DNA of 64,000 bases from Octopus vulgaris (taxonomy: Eukaryota), in assembly GCA_951406725.2 (NCBI GenBank), contig OX597843.1, positions 17,794,001 through 17,858,000 on the forward strand, in the 5' to 3' direction. Positions 58,883 through 64,000 of this stretch are shown piece by piece. Every line of letters begins with the position of its first letter. Positions within the stretch are counted from its first letter, which is position 1. Below the pieces are notes generated by a model that saw nothing but the letters and a program-made list of their open reading frames with translations, was not told the origin of the DNA and searched no databases. The translations under genes were made by a program, and so were the position numbers.

Positions 58883-58947
<65 letters not shown>

Positions 58948-59060
58948 GCGTAAATATATATATATATGTCATTTAACGATAGGAGAGTCAATCATATATA
59001 TATATATAAGAAATATTGAATTTCTAAATCTCTCGTAGAGACATGTACGGTGGTGGGGCG

Positions 59061-59523
59061 ATAGAATGGTTGTATACTGTCAATCTAACAAGAACGTGAC
59101 ACCACCGCTGTATAGCCCTAGGAAGCATCGAACGCCTCCTGATAGCTTTGACACATTTTTTCCTGTGTCCTTATATACATATACGAAGGGGAGACAAACA
59201 CCCCGGCCGCCGGAACTGCATCTAGGGACACCGTGTTTCAGGATCATTGTCCTTCATCGGCCTAGAGTAGCAGACACCGGTCGGCTGGTGATATTTGCCT
59301 CGACTTCGTATCTGTATATATGTAAACTCAGTGAAGTTTATTCACTGATGCAGTTCCGGCGGCCGGGGGTGTTTGTCTCCCCTTCGTATATGTATATAAG
59401 GACACAGGAAAAAAATGTGTCAAAGCCCATCAGGAGGCGTTCGATGCTTCCTAGGGCTATACAGCGGTGGTGTACCCCCTACTGTCACATTCTTGTTAGA
59501 TTGACAGTATACAACCATTCTAT
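59061..59523. mobile_element. Fold-back element, 160-175-bp arms, HHR in spacer
   Basis: 59061-59222 reverse-complementary to 59347-59523. Confidence 0.85.
59221..59266 (-). ncRNA. Type I hammerhead ribozyme, U4C core variant
   Basis: tctagg CCGATGA agga-caatga-tcct GAAA cac-g-gtg TC cctaga; all stems perfect. Confidence 0.8.
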
Positions 59524-59678
59524 ATATATATAAATATATATATTTATGTATATATATATATGTATATGTATATATAAATATACTATGTATATATATACAT
59601 ATATATATATGTATATATATGTATATAGATATATATATGTATGTATATATATATGTGAAGGCGCATGGCTATATATGT

Positions 59679-60019
59679 GAAGGCGCATGGCTCAGTGGTT
59701 AGAGCGTCGAGCTTACGATCGTGAGGTTGTGAGCTCGAATCCCGGACCGGGCTGCGTGTTGTGTTCTTGAGCAAGGCACTTTATTTCACGTTGCTCCAGT
59801 TCACTCAGCTGTAGAAATGAGTTGCATCGTCACTGGTGCCAAGCTGTATCGACCTTTGTCTTTCCCTTGGATAACACTGGTGGCGTGGAGATGGGAGGCT
59901 GGTATGCATGGGCGACTGCTGGCCTTCCATAAACAACCTTGCCCGGACTTGTGTCTAGGAGGGTAACTTTCTAGGTGCAATCCCATAGTCATTCATGACC
60001 GAAGGGGGTCTTTACCCTT
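59679..60019 (+). mobile_element. tRNA-derived CORE-like SINE (family 3), full length
   Basis: TGGCTCAGTGG A box, GCTCGAATCC B box, CTTGAGCAAGGCACTT core, CTTTACCCTTT tail. Confidence 0.85.
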
Positions 60020-60041
60020 TATATAAATATATATATATATA

Positions 60042-60074
<33 letters not shown>

Positions 60075-60099
60075 GCATAGATACATGCACATATTCATA

Positions 60100-60146
<47 letters not shown>

Positions 60147-60209
60147 GTTGATTCGTTAGTTACTGCACGCATTTTTTTCTCTCCTTTCTGTGTTTTTTTT
60201 CTCTGTGTA

Positions 60210-60247
60210 TCTTTCTGTTGAAGAGCGTAGGCTCGAAACGTTAAAGA
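60210..60247 (+). ncRNA. Minimal hammerhead-like motif, core variant CUGUUGA
   Basis: Identical to 5148-5185. Confidence 0.65.
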
Positions 60248-60345
60248 CTTGTTTTATTTATATTTCCTGAGCGCCACTACTAATACAATTGTTTGTTTGT
60301 TTTCCACCTGCCTTCGTCTTTTGTCTATTTTCATAAAGCTTCCCG

Positions 60346-60522
<177 letters not shown>

Positions 60523-60584
60523 GATACATGCACATATTATACTTATATATATATATACATTTATATATATATATATATATAGAT

Positions 60585-60626
<42 letters not shown>

Positions 60627-60646
60627 ATATATATATGTATATATAT

Positions 60647-60744
<98 letters not shown>

Positions 60745-60800
60745 ATGTATATCGTTCGTTCCTACACGCATTTTTTTCTCTCCTTGTTTTTTTCTATGTA

Positions 60801-60838
60801 TCTTTCTGACGAGGAGCGTAAGCTCGAAACGTAAAAGA
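60801..60838 (+). ncRNA. Minimal type I hammerhead ribozyme, canonical core
   Basis: tcttt CTGACGA g gagc-gtaa-gctc GAAA cg TA aaaga. Confidence 0.8.
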
Positions 60839-61100
60839 CTTTTTCTATTCCTGAGCGCCATACTAATACATTTGTTTGTTTGAACTCCACCTTCTTTCGT
60901 CTTTTGTTATACCTCTCCCATCGGAAATGCTGGCCTTGAACCCTTGTTCTGAGTTCAAAATCCGTTTAGGTCGACTTTGCCTTTCATCCTTCCGGTGTCG
61001 ATAAATTAAGTACCAGTTGTAGAAAGGATTATTAATATTATTATCATCATTATCATTATTATCATTATTATCATCATCATCATTATTATCATCATCATCG

Positions 61101-61137
<37 letters not shown>

Positions 61138-61177
61138 TATCATTATTATTATTATTATTATAATTATTATTATTATT

Positions 61178-61276
<99 letters not shown>

Positions 61277-61526
61277 TAAATAATGACAAAAAATGAAAAA
61301 TATGGAAGATCAAGCCATATACACATCCCACATGTGTGTGAATGTATGTGTATATATATACATATGTGTCTATTTAACATATGGTATATATATATATGTA
61401 TGTGTGTGTGTGTGTATAATATACTATGTGTAGTTTTTATGTTTATGTATATTACATCTCTATATGTGAGTTTTGGTAGGTGTGTGTATGAGTATATATT
61501 TATACACACACACACACATACATGTA

Positions 61527-61562
<36 letters not shown>

Positions 61563-61660
61563 TGTTTGTATGTATGTATGTATGTATGTATGTATGTATG
61601 TATGTATGTATGTTTGTATGTATGTATGTATGTATGTATGTATGTATATATATATATATC

Positions 61661-61696
<36 letters not shown>

Positions 61697-62518
61697 CGTA
61701 GAGAGCGAGAGAGAAATTCTAAAATCAACAACATGTTTAACAAAATGAAGTTGTTTGGTTTTATTTTTTTCATCAAATTGAGGAAATGTCATCGTTGCTG
61801 AAGAAGGAAAAAAAAACGAGGACAGAGTGAGGTGGGGCGGATGGTGCAGGGAAATATAAAAAGGATATGAAAAAAAAATAAACAACCCACATCAATGTCT
61901 GCTGCTAGGAAAAAATTGAAAGGAAAAACAAAATGGAAGCAAGCAGACGACAGAGTGAGAGAGAAGGAGTGAGAGAGGGAGGGAGGGAGAGGGAGAGAAG
62001 AAAACAGAGAGCGACAGGAGAAGGAGAGGGAGAGAGAGAGAGGGAGAAGTTCAATGTCAGATTGGGTTAGTTTTTGAGAGCAGCTGAATATAGTTGTGCA
62101 GTTAAATCGGTCCTGAGTGGTTGTGATGGTGATGGTGGTGGTGGTGGTAGTGGCTATGATGGTGGCTGTCATGGTGGTGTTGTCGTCATCGTTGTCGTAG
62201 TCTACCTGGTGATGGTGGTAGTGGCGGTATAGGCGGTGAGTGGTTGGTGGTGGTGGTGGTGGCGGTGGTGGTGGTAGTGGTGGTGTTGGTGTTGGTGGTG
62301 GTGGTGGTGGTGGTGGTGGCAGTGGGGTAGTAAAGGGTTAATAACAATAGATGGTAGAGTTGAGGAGCGGAAGAGTAATTAAGACGGAAAGTAGATTAAA
62401 ATAGTAATTACAGGTAGAGAATTTAAATTAATTTTTTAAAAATAAATTCGTTTTTTAGAATTTAAAAATATTAAACTATAATTTCATGTTTTTTAAAATC
62501 ATAATGACAATAATAATG

Positions 62519-62564
<46 letters not shown>

Positions 62565-62661
62565 AAAGAAGATAAGAATTATGAGGAGGAGGTGGAGGTG
62601 GCGAAGGGTGAGGATGATACAAAAGAAAATATTAGGAAAGCAAATGAAAATAAAGAAAATA

Positions 62662-62799
<138 letters not shown>

Positions 62800-62857
62800 T
62801 CATCATCATCATCATCATTTAACGTATTTCCATGCTAGCATGGGTATGTATATATAC

Positions 62858-62936
<79 letters not shown>

Positions 62937-62939
<3 letters not shown>

Positions 62940-63084
62940 CAGGAGTGGCTGTGTGGTAAGTAGCTTGCTAACCAACCACATGGTTCCGGGTTCATCTTGG
63001 GCAAGTTTCTTCTGCTATAGCCCCGGGCCGACCAATGCCTTGTGAGTGGATTTGGTAGACGGAAACTGAAAGAAGCCTGTCGTA

Positions 63085-63156
<72 letters not shown>

Positions 63157-63348
63157 TCCCCCTAGCATTGTTTGACAACCGATGCTGGAGTGTTTATGTC
63201 TCCGTCACTTAGCGGTTCGGCAAAAAAGACCGATAGAATAAGTACTGGGCTTACAAAGAATAAGTCCCGGGATCGAGTTGCTCGACTAAAGGCGGTGCTC
63301 CAGCATGGCCGCAGTCAACTGACTGAAACAAGTAAAAGAGTAAAGAGT
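62937..63348 (+). mobile_element. SINE family 1 with small internal deletion
   Basis: Family match. Confidence 0.9.
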
Positions 63349-63456
63349 AATATATATACATATATATATATATATACATACATTCATACATACATTCATA
63401 CATACATGCATGCATACACACACACACACACACACACATACATATATGTATATTCA

Positions 63457-63590
63457 GGGTGCGATGGGTAAATTGTCGTCCTTTAATATTTTTAATTTTG
63501 CGCATGCACGTTGTTTGCATTTGATTTTGCCGACTACATAGTAAAGTAGGGTCAGATGGGCACCGTCTGTGAGAAAACAGCACCATTGCC
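63457..63590 (+). mobile_element. Possible Tc1/mariner-type terminal fragment
   Basis: Begins CAGGGTG next to a TA-rich tract; no second end found. Confidence 0.35.
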
Positions 63591-63704
63591 GCCGCCGTCA
63601 CCACCACCACCACCACCACAAACTGCTGTCAATCTGTTTAGGTTCACATCACCGCTGCACACTACCACTACCACCAATATTAATAATAATAATAATAATA
63701 ATAA

Positions 63705-64000
63705 ACCTTTCTACTATAGGCACAAGGCCTGAAATTTTGGGGGAGAGGGCCAGTCGATTTGATCGACCCCAGTACGCAACTGGTACTTACTTTATCGACC
63801 CCTAAAGGATGAAAGGCAAAGTCGACCTCGGCGGAATTTGAACTCAGAACGTAGCGACAAGCGAAATACCTATTTCTTTACTACCCACAAGGGGCTAAAC
63901 ACAGAGGGTACAAACAAGGACAGACAAACGGGTTAAGTCGATTATATCGACCCCAATGCGTAACTGGTACTTAATTTATCGACCCCGAAAGGATGAAAGG
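63705..64000 (-). mobile_element. SINE family 2 multimer, cut by window end
   Basis: Two cores; ends in (ATT)n. Confidence 0.85.

Overview
AT-rich, microsatellite-laden eukaryotic intergenic/intronic DNA, most likely an octopus (inferred from the SINE families, not proven). I find no confident host gene; nearly all ORF-track entries are simple-repeat or transposon artefacts. Transposons include about 30 tRNA-derived SINE copies from at least 4 families, a near-complete decayed CR1/L2-group LINE ORF (51.3-54.0 kb) and a cluster of Dong/R4-type LINE relics (38.4-46.2 kb). There is also a Tx1/L1-type 3' end in (CTAT)n, an RTE 3' end, a mariner pseudogene and two non-autonomous Helitrons. The main hidden signal is RNA-structural. 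Reading both strands by eye I count about 22 complete type I hammerhead ribozyme (HHR) folds from about 12 sequence families, plus several partial ones. Most lie in short (TA)n-flanked inserts that look like Penelope-like element (PLE) termini or retrozymes. Nearly all have a palindromic stem III (dimer-type). Several have non-canonical cores, including compensatory G3-C8 and U3-A8 swaps of the C3-G8 pair, recurrent U4C and A6U. Several inserts begin within 0-4 nt of the predicted self-cleavage site. The HHRs occur in tandem (560-bp unit) and in fold-backs up to a 4-kb palindrome. All folds were paired by hand; activity and novelty are untested.
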